Under the pieces are notes generated by a model. The model had not been told where the DNA came from and searched no databases. It worked only from the letters and a program-made list of their open reading frames with translations. The translations under genes were made by a program, and so were the position numbers. DNA of 63,973 nt, filler included, from Rhabdomonas costata (taxonomy: Eukaryota): NCBI GenBank assembly GCA_019059605.1. It is 30 parts of 30 records of this genome, joined end to end, with 100 filler letters (N's around TTAATTAATTAA, not from the genome) between each part and the next. Parts side by side here need not be neighbours in the genome. Positions count along the whole stretch, not along the records: positions 1 to 2,035 come from JAHMHO010006208.1; positions 2,136 to 4,169 come from JAHMHO010006209.1; positions 4,270 to 6,331 come from JAHMHO010006210.1; positions 6,432 to 8,466 come from JAHMHO010006211.1; positions 8,567 to 10,601 come from JAHMHO010006212.1; positions 10,702 to 12,741 come from JAHMHO010006213.1; positions 12,842 to 14,876 come from JAHMHO010006214.1; 23 more parts are not named here. One strand, written 5' to 3'. Shown here piece by piece: positions 1 through 13,014 of the stretch. Positions within the stretch are counted from its first letter, which is position 1; the number at the start of each line of letters is the position of its first letter.

Positions 1-1176
1 GGGTGGTGGTGCCGCTAATACCTGAGTGTGTGATGCGTCCGGAAATCACACCTGTGGATCTCTGATCCGGGTTGACAATTCTGCGTTGTGAGTTCCACAA
101 TCCGATGGGAGCTTCCGCTGCACCGACCTTCGGTTTGAACCTCTCTACCTTTTAAATTCTTCAAGAGCCGCTTCCGTATGTGTGGGATGGTAAATAATAA
201 CAACAACAAAAGACTACTGTATGCATGTAGTTGCCTGTGTATTCTTTTTGCTTCAGGGTGGTGTCGGATTGAAAGAGTTGGGGAGGGGAGGGGATGAGGA
301 ATGGAGGGCCCACTTTCAGTGGAATGCAGGGTTGATGCGAAGCACTGTGTAAGCGGTTGTGCACAGTTTTCGACTGGTGATTTTGGTTCACGCCATTAAT
401 TCTTGTTGCTACGTTGGACCTGTTGCCCCCAAGCGTGCTGCCACCGTTCTGACTGCGTTTCGGAGAAGTCTGGCGGGTCGTGCTTTTCAGAAGGGTGCCT
501 GTGGTGGATGGTTGTTTGTATTGGGTGGGGGACTGAAAGGATCCCATACAGGCAGAGGTTGTCATCAACTTCCCGGCTGCCATCCAAAGGTTTGTTTAAT
601 TCAATGTGCTGCCGTGCGTTTCGTTGATATGGCTTCCATTCCCTGGTCGACTACTCACCGGGAGTTCAGTGTGCTCTTCTGAGCTTTTCTGGACGCGGGT
701 CTCATTTTCCAGCTTAGGACGAGTCCTCCATCTCCAGGTCATTTGGGCCCAAAGGTTAGGAGATCTTCTGTTCAATAGTGGGGCAAACCAAATCCGTCTC
801 GGGAAAGCCTTCATGTTCACGGTGTGGTGCTCTTTCCATTTAAAAATGATTGCTGGGTGTGTCCAGCATTTTTTGTTGCATTGAATGAGGAGGCCGCGCA
901 GATATTGTTGAAGTTACCCTTTTTTGAAGTTACCCTTTTCGTGCTTTTGTATGGCTTATCGATTATCGGGCAGCAATCACGAGATGAGAAAGGTGCTTGC
1001 CCCTTGTTTAGATAGGCACAAGAGCGACCCCCTCATGGCGGACAAGACAAAATTCTGAAGAGCAATCTTTATCAGTTAATCTTTTCCACCGCACCCATGA
1101 ACTAATGATTACAGCTGATGGCAGTCCGATTTGTAGGAGAGCCCATTTGTATGTGTGTGAGGGGGGGATGTGTCAG

Positions 1177-1793
1177 GGAGACGGCTGGCCCGACTTTGTG
1201 TTCGAGTTCTTCCCGGTTCACCTCCCCAACAGCGTTGTCGGGCTCGATGCACTCGCCGTCAAGGCTTGCGAGCAAATCGAGCGCTATCTGGCACACCACC
1301 CAGGTGCGCCTTTATTGTGTGACCTGTTTGCCTGCCTCTCTGTTCTATCTGCTTTGTTGCAGCGGTGGCTCCAAGCTTGGTGCTTTTTTCTTCGGGACAG
1401 GACAGGCTGTGTTAACTTTCCTTGTCCATCACACTGGGGACAACATGGTTGAAACCTTTCAATGGTTCCCTGTCAGGAGACACTGTGGCAGTGTTGTGAA
1501 GTGGCGTGTGTCCTGTCCGATACCTCCATCCTGACCATCTAATCTGTCCCGCACCATCCTCATTCTGTCACCCGCTTTCTTCCTCACTGTTCCTCGGGAT
1601 AGGGCGGTATGACCGGTTCTCGCTGATGGGCCACTCACTGGGCGGGGTGTACTCGAAGCAAATGCTTGTGCTGAGGGGGCAGCCCCACGGCCGGTACCCC
1701 AGATTTGCCGCGCTGCGTCCCATGAACTTCATCACCTTTGCCTCCCCTCATTTGGCCTCGCGCAGGACCACCATTCTATCTGCTGGCCTGGAG
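1177..1793 (+). CDS. DUF676-family putative serine esterase/lipase, two internal exons (about 1177 or 1233 to 1303; 1603-1793)
   Basis: Nucleophile motif FSLMGHSLGG followed by NFITFASPHL; phase-1 GT-AG intron 1304-1602 joins in frame (HHPG-RY). Confidence 0.85.
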
Positions 1794-2035
1794 GTGCCCG
1801 CCGTCGCCCCTCCCCACAGATACGAAAAGGCCCAACGTAAACCTAACGTAGCTCCGCTTTTCGGGTATTTGAGCCGAATTTAGTGGTCCTAACTCCAACC
1901 CCGTTTTCTGGTGACCTTGACTGAGGATGGGGACAGGGGTTGGCACCATTGTGGTTTGTGGTATCGGGGTTACCACACAACCTGGTACGAGTGGCACCCG
2001 TACCCGTATATCGCGTTGTCACGATTGGCCGGAAT

Positions 2036-2135
2036 NNNNNNNNNNNNNNNNNNNNNNNNNNNNNNNNNNNNNNNNNNNNTTAATTAATTAANNNNNNNNN
2101 NNNNNNNNNNNNNNNNNNNNNNNNNNNNNNNNNNN
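2036..2135. other. Artificial contig-joining spacer N44-TTAATTAATTAA-N44 (first of 29, recurring about every 2.13 kb)
   Basis: Identical 100-bp spacer at 2036, 4170, 6332 ... 61841; the 12-mer gives stops in all six frames; the genes on either side are unrelated. Confidence 0.99.
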
Positions 2136-3985
2136 GGGTGTGTGGACCGCGCCAGTACGCGCAGTTTGGGCAGCAGCGCGCGGAGCGCGCTGGGGTTCTC
2201 CTTCACAAGCTTGCTGAACTCGGGGCCCTGCGCGAGGGAGAACCATCCAAATAGAGGCAGACACCAGGTGCAAACTAATAAACGCATACAATATCTACCA
2301 TTAAAAGGATTCTAGTTACTATAAAAAACACTCGCTTGGCTTCCCACCTCTGCTATTCCCATGTCTGTAACCTGGGACCCTTCACCCCTGGCAGGTGCCC
2401 TACCGTGCTCGAGCAGCTGGGAGGGTTTCCATGCCCCAATAGGGATTTCTGGCATTTGTGCATCGGGCGTCGCTCGAAAACAAAGCGAGTGAGGGAACTT
2501 ATTATACTGCACAGGAAATGTAACGCAAAAAACCCCTCAAATCATCCAAAGCAAACTCCAACGTGGTGAGGGACTACGACAAATCTGAATGCCATGCGAC
2601 GAAGAAAGAGCACCTGCATTGCGAGGTGGCCCCTGTCCTCCTGGTAGATGCCGCATTTCGTGGCTATGGAAATTGCAGTTTGCTGCAAAAAAGCAACAGC
2701 ACAAGGTGTGGTCATTTAAAGGGCTCGCCGCGGTTCAAAACCACCTTCACGATTAGTGATAGCTGGGTTGCGTGCCCCCTTCTGCTCTGTGAGTTGGGTA
2801 GGCGCAGTTCTGAAAACCAGAGTGCAATGCGCTCGCTCAAACAAGTGAATTCAACATGCAAGGAAAGGGAACAGAATCCCAACAGGAAAGTGCGTCCTTC
2901 CCACGATACGAAGGGACAGCTTCTGAACAGGGAATCAACTGAAAAGGGGCCTGGCATACCAGGTTGTCCCCCGTAACCATTCGCACGGTAATCCCGGCGC
3001 CCTCGCAGGCACTCACGGCATTGGGAACCTCGTCGCGAATTGGGTCCTGTGTGGACAAAGCGCAGCGCAAAAGTGCAAATAAGCCGAACCGCTTGTGCTA
3101 CAAAGCTTCCGCGCCGGAGAAAGCCAGCTCACTGTGGCTTGGTTCACAAAACTGCGGTGATGCGATCAACGAAACACCCACCAAAACAGTTGCAAGAGCG
3201 CTCCTCGGACCACTTAAATATAAAGGGAGCGAGTATCTGTGTCCTTTTTTGTAATTGATCGTGTCCATACAACAAAGAATGTTTCGATCGGCTTCCCTTT
3301 CTCCCACATATGCAATTGCCTTACCACCACGGAGCTCTATTGCCCCCACCACCGTTTGAAAACGCAAGTAAAACATCTTTCATGACAAGTAATGGGATCC
3401 GCAGGGAGTTTGGAGTGAAAAAACACGACAAGGTGAAAGGCGGTTTTCCATTGCCAACCGGCAATCATAGTGGCAACGAGGACCTTCGCATACCACTGCC
3501 CACCTTCCCCAACCCAGGTATCATTTGCCGCAGAATGGCAGGAAATACGAATTCTAAGGCAGCCACCCTGCTGGGGGCGGCAGTCGATCCCTTTCGCTCA
3601 CATCCTGTCACCATCCCACAACAAACGCTGGAAAGGTGATAATCACGGCAAAAATATTGCAAACGGCAAAAAGAAAAGCAAAGTTAACGGAATCGTTGAC
3701 ATACAGTCTGCAATCAGTGGAAAAAAGCAGGTGGTGGTTCACCTGTGAGATTCTAGAAAAGGACACCTGAATCCCTAGCAAGGCCAGCAGGGTCAAGGGC
3801 TCCCCGAAGGGCTCCTTCTCGGGCAGGGTGGTGGTGCCGAGGTGCTCGGAATAGGCCACGGCGATGGTGCGGTTGCCCTGGCCTGCCATGTCCACGATCA
3901 CCTCCTCCAGCTCTGCCCGGATGCTGGGACTGAGGGCCTGGACCTCACCACCAGGGGCAATCACATACCGGCAGTCCGCAAGAAC
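2136..3985 (-). CDS. PMCA: P-type IIB (PMCA-like) Ca2+-ATPase fragment; exons 3985-3767, 3046-2960, 2682-2614, 2227-2136
   Basis: [52 protein letters not shown]...LRVLARS; three GT-AG introns join in frame. Confidence 0.92.
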
Positions 3986-4876
3986 CTGCGCCCACAAAAC
4001 GGATTGAACAGCAAGGGCCAGCGTCCATGTTGTTTGCCCCCTCCCCCACGCCGATATTCTGTCAGCGTTCACTGAAATGTGGAAGGATGAAGGCTTCGCC
4101 TCATCTAACAAACGAACCTCGAACTTTCTTTCCACGAAAGTGGTGCAGCTGATGGAGCTCACCACAAACNNNNNNNNNNNNNNNNNNNNNNNNNNNNNNN
4201 NNNNNNNNNNNNNTTAATTAATTAANNNNNNNNNNNNNNNNNNNNNNNNNNNNNNNNNNNNNNNNNNNNGGTTTGTGGGGGTTTTGGGAAGGGATGGTGA
4301 GCACATGCACAACGGGCCAGATACATAGGAATGGTTAGAATGGACGGTGGAGCGCGAGATGGAGAGAACCACAGACCCCGGTGTGAGAGCTGGATCAGGC
4401 GAGAAAAGGAGTCCCCAAGAAGTGGCGAGTGGCAGCGAGGAGCGGAAAGCCTGCGGTGGGTCACGAGCAGCCCGGTTCAGCACAAGAGAAGGGAGAATGG
4501 CAGCGAGAAGTGGGAGACCAGAGAGGGAGTGAGGAATCAATACGGAGGGCCACAAGGCACGAAGGGATGCCCGGGCAAGTGGAGAGTGGAAGTGAGGTCC
4601 AGATGGCAGCAGGGACAGAGTAAGGTAACCAAACCCGTCCACCAGGAAAGCCCGGAGTGGGATGGAGGACCCAAACCCACAACGGCAGTCGGGCCCAAAG
4701 GGAATTGTACGAGCACGGAAGGTTGGGTACCTACAAAGAGATCTCTAAACGCGCCCATTGGCGTTCCCAAAGCCCCGCATACACTGTGGATTGGGGTCAC
4801 ATGGGGTAAGCCAACCCGACCTGACAAGACAGCAAAACAAGGTACCGTGGGCCGACAAGGGTGTGAGGCCCGATGG

Positions 4877-4959
4877 GCCCATGCCCCATCGAAAGGTGGA
4901 AGCCAAGTGGGGAAGTGGACGTCGAGTTCTCCCGAGAAAAAATGCTTCCTTGCCAAGTG
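4877..4959 (+). repeat. Dispersed repeat family, copy A (83 bp)
   Basis: 73 of 83 positions identical, ungapped, to 5928-6010. Confidence 0.9.
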
Positions 4960-5889
4960 GGGTGCTGTGCAGCACGTCTCAGAGACCGGCGGCTCCCGTC
5001 CCCTTGGAAGCATGTGGAGGGGTGGCGGAAGAAGTCAGTCCCTTCTGAAGGAAGTTCTCGGTCCTGGAAGCAGTGTGCAGATTTTGCCAGGAGAATTTGG
5101 ACAGAGGGTCACGAAATCAGCAACAGAGAAAGATTTGGCTAAAGATCCTGTCAGCTCAGGTTCAGTGGAGAAGGAAACGGATCGCGGATTTCGCAGTGGA
5201 AGCAGCCAGGAGTGGACAAAATACCAGAGGGTATTGCATGCATGATTTGCCAACATCGAAATCCTATGTGGGCATGGCCTACAGAGGAGCCCACCACAGC
5301 AGACACATTGGAGAGCGAGATTCAGAGAAAACGACCCGTGTTATTTAGTGATGAGAATATCAAAGACGCCCCTCGAGTGGTTGATGTGGCCGATTGAGCA
5401 ATTCCCTCAATGCAAAGGAAAATGATATCAGAGCTTTCACCGGGGAATAGCCCCGACAGAAGGAGACTGGGCCAATCACCTGGACACGTGGAGGCCGGGG
5501 GGGTTGAACATAGCGGTAGGAGCCCGCAAGCCCCTCACGAGGGCACACTGTAACATCTAATGCGGGAAGCGCGCTTGGCAGCAGAGCAAAGCAGGCACGC
5601 AGGCCAGGCACGGCGCCACGATTAGGACTCTCCGTAGTATGAACAAGATCTCAGGATCCCAGGCAGACGAGGAGTTGAAGAGAGGCCTTGAGCTCTCAGC
5701 AGACGGCGAGCGCAGAGGGTTGGAGCTCCTTAGATCCGCGGTGGATTGCACCATTGAGGTTTTTGAAGTACCCAGCTGCACACACAGGGGTGATTCGCAC
5801 CTCCGAGACGTCGCCAGGGAGCGTAATTGCATTTGAAAGCCCTGGAGGCAGAAACGACCCCCACCAAAACCATGGCTGCCTTGTGCACG

Positions 5890-5892
<3 letters not shown>

Positions 5893-5929
<37 letters not shown>

Positions 5930-6037
5930 CCATGCCCCATCGAAAGGTGGGAGCCCAGGGGGGACGTGGACCTCGAGTCCTCCCCAGAAAAAACTCATCC
6001 TTGCCAAGTGCACCAAGTGTGTGTGTGTGTGTGTGTG
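5893..6037 (+). repeat. Dispersed repeat family, copy B (core 5928-6010) flanked on both sides by (TG)n
   Basis: Matches copy A; its 3' half plus GCACCAAG(TG)n matches the minus strand at 41838-41942. Confidence 0.9.
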
Positions 6038-6052
6038 CATTGTTGTGTGCAG

Positions 6053-6239
6053 GTTTCTGTTGGAGAAGTTCCCGCTGGGGCTGAGCCGGTGCAGCTCCAC
6101 GCTCAGCCTGCTGTTTGGACGGCAGGCCTCCAGCCCCTTCCCGGGGTACCCCAGTCTGGCCCAGTGGGGGGCTTCCCTGGCCGCGCAAGGCAACCCCGAG
6201 CTCGCCCTGCTAGTCTGCCTGGCCACAGGAGAGCTGCAG
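6053..6239 (+). CDS. Single internal exon of an unknown protein (FLLEKFPLGL...LATGELQ)
   Basis: GC-rich open frame bounded by TGCAG| and CAG|GT. Confidence 0.5.
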
Positions 6240-7353
6240 GTCCACGCACGCACGCGCGCGCACACACATATATACAAATGCACGCACCCTTCCTTCCGCC
6301 AACCGCCGCTTAATTCCGCGCTTCCAAACCANNNNNNNNNNNNNNNNNNNNNNNNNNNNNNNNNNNNNNNNNNNNTTAATTAATTAANNNNNNNNNNNNN
6401 NNNNNNNNNNNNNNNNNNNNNNNNNNNNNNNTTCTCCATCGACGCCAGGTGAAGCGGAGTGTTTCCTAAGAAGCGGTGGTGAATGGAGGTTTGTTGCTTT
6501 CAACGTTCGGGAGTCAAACAGCCGGACGCGTTTCTTCAGTATGACACTGCTTTTCAAGTGCAAAGTGTATTGTATGCGAAGGTGGGGTGGGCGGTCAGCA
6601 TATGGGGGGTCTTACTCCATATAACAACACCGGCGACCAAAGAATACAGAAACACATTCACAAAACAAAAAGTTCTTCACTCACATATGGAACGCCATAT
6701 CCGGGTTTGTCCCAGCAGCCAAAGTCCGTTTTCCTGTTTACTCCTCACCAAATGAGACTCAAGACTCAACTCCTCCCAGTGCACCACATAAGTTGCCATA
6801 AAAAAGCAGCTACCAAATCACTTTTGTGTGCCCTTCACAGCTCCTCCTCTCCGATTTTATCAGAATTTTACACGTTTTAATAAAAGACCACCATGGAGAA
6901 AAGAACTGCAAAGGATTAGGATCTGGCAGCACTGGCATCCAACAACATTATTCGCCGAACAATCTCAAGAATTCTCAAGAAGCTTGCTTGTTCCTGTAAC
7001 GTAGGCCGAGATTCGATGCTTCTGAGAAGAGCGAGGACTGACCCCCCCCCTTCGGATTCGCCACATCCCCATTGCCTTGTTCGGCAAATGCAAAGTCGCT
7101 TTAATTCGTGTGCGGGCTCGTGCCCTCATTATGTGTTCCTCACCATGGTTTCTTTGGGGGATCATCATGCACTGCGCGGGACACAGGAAAGGCAAACAAT
7201 CCAGAAAACACTCAAGCAGATGTTTAGGCGGACGCTGAATGCGAGGAGTGACATGCCTACTGCCTGTGTCATCATGCACCCATAGAATTTGAAGGGCCAA
7301 AAGGTGGGCAGCGAACTGCACCAAACTGCAATCCTCTGTACCCCAGGACACAC

Positions 7354-7533
7354 CTGAGCAGCCTGACAAGGAAAAAGTCCCGTTGAAGGTGCTGCACGTC
7401 ACGGTGGGGACCCCAAGGAAGCCGTACGCACACCGCAGCCCCGCGCAGCTCGCCGCGGGCACGGTGCCCTCACAGCTGAAGCCGTCGTAGCCATACACCG
7501 CAGACAGCGGCGTGGGCAGGGTGCACGAAAGCG
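7354..7533 (-). CDS. Cysteine-rich extracellular module exon (six Cys, sushi/CCP-like)
   Basis: CTLPTP...SCEG...SCAGLRCAYGFLGVPTVTC...FSLSGCS; 180-nt phase 1-1 exon with AG/GT ends and high GC3. Confidence 0.65.
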
Positions 7534-8213
7534 CTGCAAGAGCAAATAGGATGACGCAAAGGAGTGCCAAAGCCCTGCATTGGTGGAAGGACTGCCTAGG
7601 GACAAAGCTGGGCTCCATCCGATGAGAACTTCTCGAAAAGCCACACCCCAGGCAGGAATCGGAAAATACCACCCCCGAAAACACATCAGAGAAGTTGTTT
7701 TGAAAAATGACACGGCCCCCCAAAGTCCATCTCGGAGGATCAGCGGAGTTTTCCACTGGTAAGGCAACTAGTCGGGACAGGAAAGCAGGAGTCCCATTCA
7801 AATCCTAAGATCGAAAAGCTCAAACGATGTAACTAGCTTCCCTGCGACCATGATTCTGTGGAAGGCACGATCGGTGTGTGGGAGAAAGCTACCATAGTGA
7901 CACGACTCAAGAGAGGCAAATAAAACCATGGGCCGTTTGAGCAGTTAGTCATCTCTAACGTTGAAAAGTATTGTTTTCAAGGGCTTTCAGGAGAAAGCAC
8001 AAATAAAAAGGAAAGGATGTGAAGCGATAACATGAAAGGCGGTGACATCAATGTTGTGTGGATAACACATCTATAACGATGAGATCACAGTGGAGTTTTG
8101 GGAAAGCGCATGGAAGATACGGGCCGAAGCACAGAGAAGGATGCATGCACGGGACATACCTTGTTCCCCACAGTCATCCAACAGAACCAGAATCAACCGC
8201 AGTCCCATCTGTG

Positions 8214-8457
8214 CATAAAACAGCCGCACCCAAATGATGACCCACAGCCTTCACTCAAAACCTCAAACAGCCTTCATTCAAAAACGAGATGATCAAATGC
8301 TTATGACAAAACTCGAAATGCTTACAATGGCTTAAAAAGGACAATAATTCTGTATGTCGTTACCCCCTCCCCTGCCGGTCAATGTTGGGCCCCAAAATGT
8401 ACAGGGCCGGGAGGGACATAAAACAGCCGCACCCAAATGATGACCCACAGCCTTCAC
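8214..8457 (+). repeat. 41-bp exact direct repeat (8214-8254 and 8417-8457)
   Basis: CATAAAACAGCCGCACCCAAATGATGACCCACAGCCTTCAC occurs twice, 203 bp apart. Confidence 0.9.
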
Positions 8458-8653
8458 CAAACACCCNNNNNNNNNNNNNNNNNNNNNNNNNNNNNNNNNN
8501 NNNNNNNNNNTTAATTAATTAANNNNNNNNNNNNNNNNNNNNNNNNNNNNNNNNNNNNNNNNNNNNGTTTGTTTTTCCACGGTGGATTACCGCCCTTTTC
8601 TGACCCTACAGTGTTGGGGATTTCAAAGCCTGTATACTTTTTTGTGCATAACA

Positions 8654-10442
8654 ATGTCAGTCGAGGATCTGCTCAAGGACCCCTCTGGGCTTCCCCGGGA
8701 TGCGCTTCTGTCCCTTTTGGACAGACTCTTGGACCAAACCCAGGCATGCATGGAGAGAAGGAGAGATTAAGAGTGGGGCACATACCCCTCGTCGTGGTTC
8801 AAGAAGAAGCAGGTTAGACAATACTCTCAAGGGATGAACTGGAGTCCAACGTCGCACATCTACGTTCGTAACTTTCGTGTCAGCTGTGAGCACTCGTCTG
8901 CCTGGTTGAACATGTGAATCGTGGTTCCTCCAGGAATGGGGGGGGGGGAACTGCTTTGCGGGTGCCTGTCTCTCCTCGTATGCTGCAATGCCGCTGGTGT
9001 TCAAGACAAGCTGAACAAATGCATGCGCAGTGACCTCCCTCGCTTTATTTTCTGTCGTATTTCTTTCTGGCTCATGTGCAGCCCGTCGACGGAGAACTCG
9101 GAGCCGTGGACGCCGCCGCGGCTCGCCGGCTCGTGGATCTTGCACTGGGAAGCCTGTCGGATACGCAGGTACTCGTCACACATCCACCTTTTCACAGGTG
9201 GTCTGGTTTTTCCTCCACCCAACGGCCACTCAGATACGTGGTGCGTAAGGTACATGTTGCGTTGCAGGCAACCGTCCTGAAGCTCCCTTTGGGTGCAAAA
9301 AGTACAAGCGATATTCGAGGTGATGCAACAGTGGAGTAAGATGGCGCCACTTTTCCCGAAAATGCTGGCCGGATGAGGTGACAGGATTTTGGGTGGTGGG
9401 TATTTTTGCTCTTCTAGTGACACATGCGCGCCGCTCGGCATTACAGTGCAATTCTTCACAACATGCATCATGAAACAAACCCTGGTGGAAAAAAAACAGA
9501 ACCCTGGTGGGCTCTGCCTTGCCCACTTCCAACTTTCCACTGCCAGTTTCCATGGCTTCTCATACTCCCGACATTCATCGGTTCACCTGCCAGCTGTCCT
9601 TTGAACGGTTGCCCTTTATCCTCCAGGTCTGCGTGAGCGTGGTCAATCTTATCGCCCAGCTGCTGAGCTGTGGTGATAAAGCTCATGGGGCATTTGCCGA
9701 TGAAGGTCCGCTGCAGTCATGATTGCTTTGGTTACCTCTGCGCGAATAATGCTGGAAAGCTTAGCACACTGTCACCGCCACAAAGAACTTTCAGGGAAGT
9801 AATCGATGATCTTTCTAACGGTATACAGCGGTCCAGCAAGAGGTGCTTTCCAAGCTCCAGCCGCTAACGCTTTTTGATTCCAACCGCCGGTTTTAAGCTC
9901 ACTTGTCTCACGCTCTGCTTTGCATTTTAGGTGCACTCTTTCATAGAGCAGATGCGTGTTTTGATAAACGCGCCGGCGTCTCGTTGTGTGGCTCGGTGTG
10001 ACTCGTTTTTCCCCACTCGGACTCCCCGGACTCCCCTTCTCTCAGCTCGTTTAGGGGCACGTCAAACTTATGCTGCGGGGAAAGGTGCAGCATGAGACAA
10101 TGGGAGGAAAGGCAATGGCAGTCAGGGCCGCCGTGTGTGTGGGGTGGAGGGAGAACGGCCCTGTGATATCTTTCCCCAAAATTGTACAGCGATAAGACCT
10201 GAGCAGCTTTGAAACTTAGAGTAGGAGTGTGTTTTCATCATTTTGATTGTGGACCTTAAATCTTCCCACACTGATCGTGTTTCTGCGTCGCCGTCTGTTC
10301 TTTTGTGCCCTTTTCGTAGATGTCCTTCCGCAGCTTAAGGCGCTTTACGACGCCGCGCCCAAGATTGAGGTGCAGCCGCTGCTCAGCGTGGTGGAAGTGG
10401 TGCAGATGCTGTCTGAGGAGCCGTCTTCCAAGGAGGCCATAG
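8654..10442 (+). CDS. Unknown helical (ARM/HEAT-like) protein, 5' exons 8654-8743, 9082-9168, 9627-9672, 10320-10442
   Basis: Four exons join in frame with consistent phases (0,0,1); Leu-rich amphipathic segments; first intron needs a GC donor. Confidence 0.6.
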
Positions 10443-10701
10443 GTGCGTCTGGATAGCACACGCTCGTAACTTGCATGGCCAACACTCACTGTAGAGGTTG
10501 GTAAGAATATACCTCACGAACAATATTTTGTTTCGTAGACGCTTAGAACTCTCAACGTAGATCATCTCCAGAAGTGTTTACCAATTTGACCCCCAACCCC
10601 CNNNNNNNNNNNNNNNNNNNNNNNNNNNNNNNNNNNNNNNNNNNNTTAATTAATTAANNNNNNNNNNNNNNNNNNNNNNNNNNNNNNNNNNNNNNNNNNN
10701 N

Positions 10702-12741
10702 AACCATCACACATCAAGGCAGTACAGTCATGCAACATCCCTACATCCTTGCACCCCAGGAATGCAGCAAGGGTCAGGAATGCATCAAGGCACCCAAGAA
10801 TGCGTAGAGGGTGGGGGTGAGTGTCCCCAAGTCGAGGATGTCATAGAATCGGCATTTACCCTCAGCATAAAAGAAGGCATCAAGGTACGTAGCGATGGTC
10901 GGAAGGGCATCGCGTAGTAGAGGGCACCGCAGGTAGAAGATGAAGGCCTTAGCCATTCTTTACTCTCCCTATCCCCTACAGTCATGCTGATACCTTACAC
11001 CATACACCCCTAGCCTCACAGAATGCCTCAACTCACCAACCAAGAACACGAAAACAAGAAGGCCAAGAACCCCACTCCAACATCAGAAACACAAGCGTAG
11101 TAGAAGCACTGATAACACACAGAGACAGAAACACTGAAGGCATGAACCCCACCACGAAATCCTGACACCCTACGACCCAAGAACCCTCACAGCATGACAC
11201 ACAGAAGCAGAGTACACAGTAGGACATTGACACACAGAGAGACGTAAACCCTGAAGACGTAAAACCCACAGCCCCTCGAACCACCACACCCTCCAACCCC
11301 AGCACATCCACAGAGCCATGAACCAACGTAGCAGCAACACAACACGCAACAAGCAACACAACGGTAGCACGAACAACAGGAGCAAGAACATCGGACACAG
11401 AAGCGGATACGGCATGGTTAACGGATACGGCATGGTTGGAGAGACTGAGACGGACACCCTGACACCCTGACACCGTGAGACCTTGAGACCGTGATACCAT
11501 GAGCCCTTGAGACGGAGACTGAGAGCATGGTAGACCGACACAGAGAGCATGGTAGCAGAAGCCTACAGCAAGAACAGCAAGAACCAGACACCCTACAGAC
11601 TACGCTACACCTAACCCTACAGCTACAGCTACACACAGACATAGTAAGAAGAAGAACACACGTACGCGTAAGGAACCGGAGACCTGGATACACACTTGGG
11701 AGCACAAAGCCGGATAGGAAGGAGCATCGAGCACACACAGCAAACCCACAGCAGAAGGCAACACCACCCATAGAATCGGCTAGAGAGACAGAGACGCAAC
11801 GACTACGAACGCAAGCCCCACAGCAGCACCACAGCACACCAATAGCGATACCAATACACACGATGACGCAGCAACATAACCCACCAATGCACCCCTAGAC
11901 ACCACACACCACTCCACAAGTCCACCCAGACACAAGGCTACCATGACAGCAGCAGAGACCATAGCACACGCACCCAATCCATGCAATCCAACCCCAGCCA
12001 TGACCACCACCAAAGCACCACAACCCACCTAGGAACACAACGAAGCCATGAGCACACCTGACACACTACCCAAAGCACCCTACAACGAACCCAGCAACCA
12101 CGCACCGATCCCACACCCAAGCTTCAACCCAACGATGACCACCACCCCACACGCAACTTCCACCCCACTGCACCCAACACTCGACACCATGCACCACAGA
12201 AGCACGCTCAAACCCGCTTGTACCACCAACTACACAGAACCCAGACCACCCTCAGCATGCACACCACCCAAGCAACTCTGACCCACCTTGACACCCGCAG
12301 CAACCTTCGACACCGACACCCCACGCACCACCATCCCGAGCATCACCAAAGAAGCAGCATCCACCCAAAGCACCAACCATAGCAGCATCGTACCACAAGC
12401 CATCTGACACACCACAAGCAAACCAATACACGAAAGCAATACCGCAAGCACACCCAATGACACCAAGGCACCTTCAGACCTACCCTACGCAAAACCCCTC
12501 ACGTCAGCACCCACACCATCCACACCATCCACACCACCCTTCGAACCCACATGAGCACCTGTAGAAGCCATACCACCACTCTGCAACATCGACCCCACCT
12601 TCGTAACACCCTCCGCGGCACTGGACAGAAGAGCCGAAACCCCCAGCAGCGGACACTCCAACCCCTGAACACCACTTTGACCCACAGCAACACCGGAAGG
12701 CAACGTACCACAAGCAATCCCAGCACCACAAACGCATGCAC
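10702..12741. repeat. Strongly A/C-skewed low-complexity contig with short degenerate tandem repeats
   Basis: T is rare on the + strand; 8-mer array GACACCCT/GAGACCTT at about 11453-11516; (CCACACCAT)3 near 12511. Confidence 0.7.
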
Positions 12742-13014
12742 NNNNNNNNNNNNNNNNNNNNNNNNNNNNNNNNNNNNNNNNNNNNTTAATTAATTAANNN
12801 NNNNNNNNNNNNNNNNNNNNNNNNNNNNNNNNNNNNNNNNNGGGGGGGTGGGTTAATGGATACGTGTGGAGGCAGGAACTGACTTAAACCTTTTGCAATT
12901 TAACTTGAATAGGTCAGACGAAACATGATAGCACCTTCGAAATGACTTTATTGTATGTAAAGGGTTTGGTAAATTTTGCCAGTGCTCCCTGAATGGGATT
13001 TGTTTTCTTAGCAC

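Noticed and set aside
4331-5245. 304-aa ORF as a real gene
   Set aside because: No recognisable motifs, overlaps a dispersed repeat, and lacks the exon codon bias seen elsewhere
8214-8457. Box C/D snoRNA tandem cluster (ATGATGA in each repeat copy)
   Set aside because: No box D (CTGA) at a suitable distance and no terminal stem
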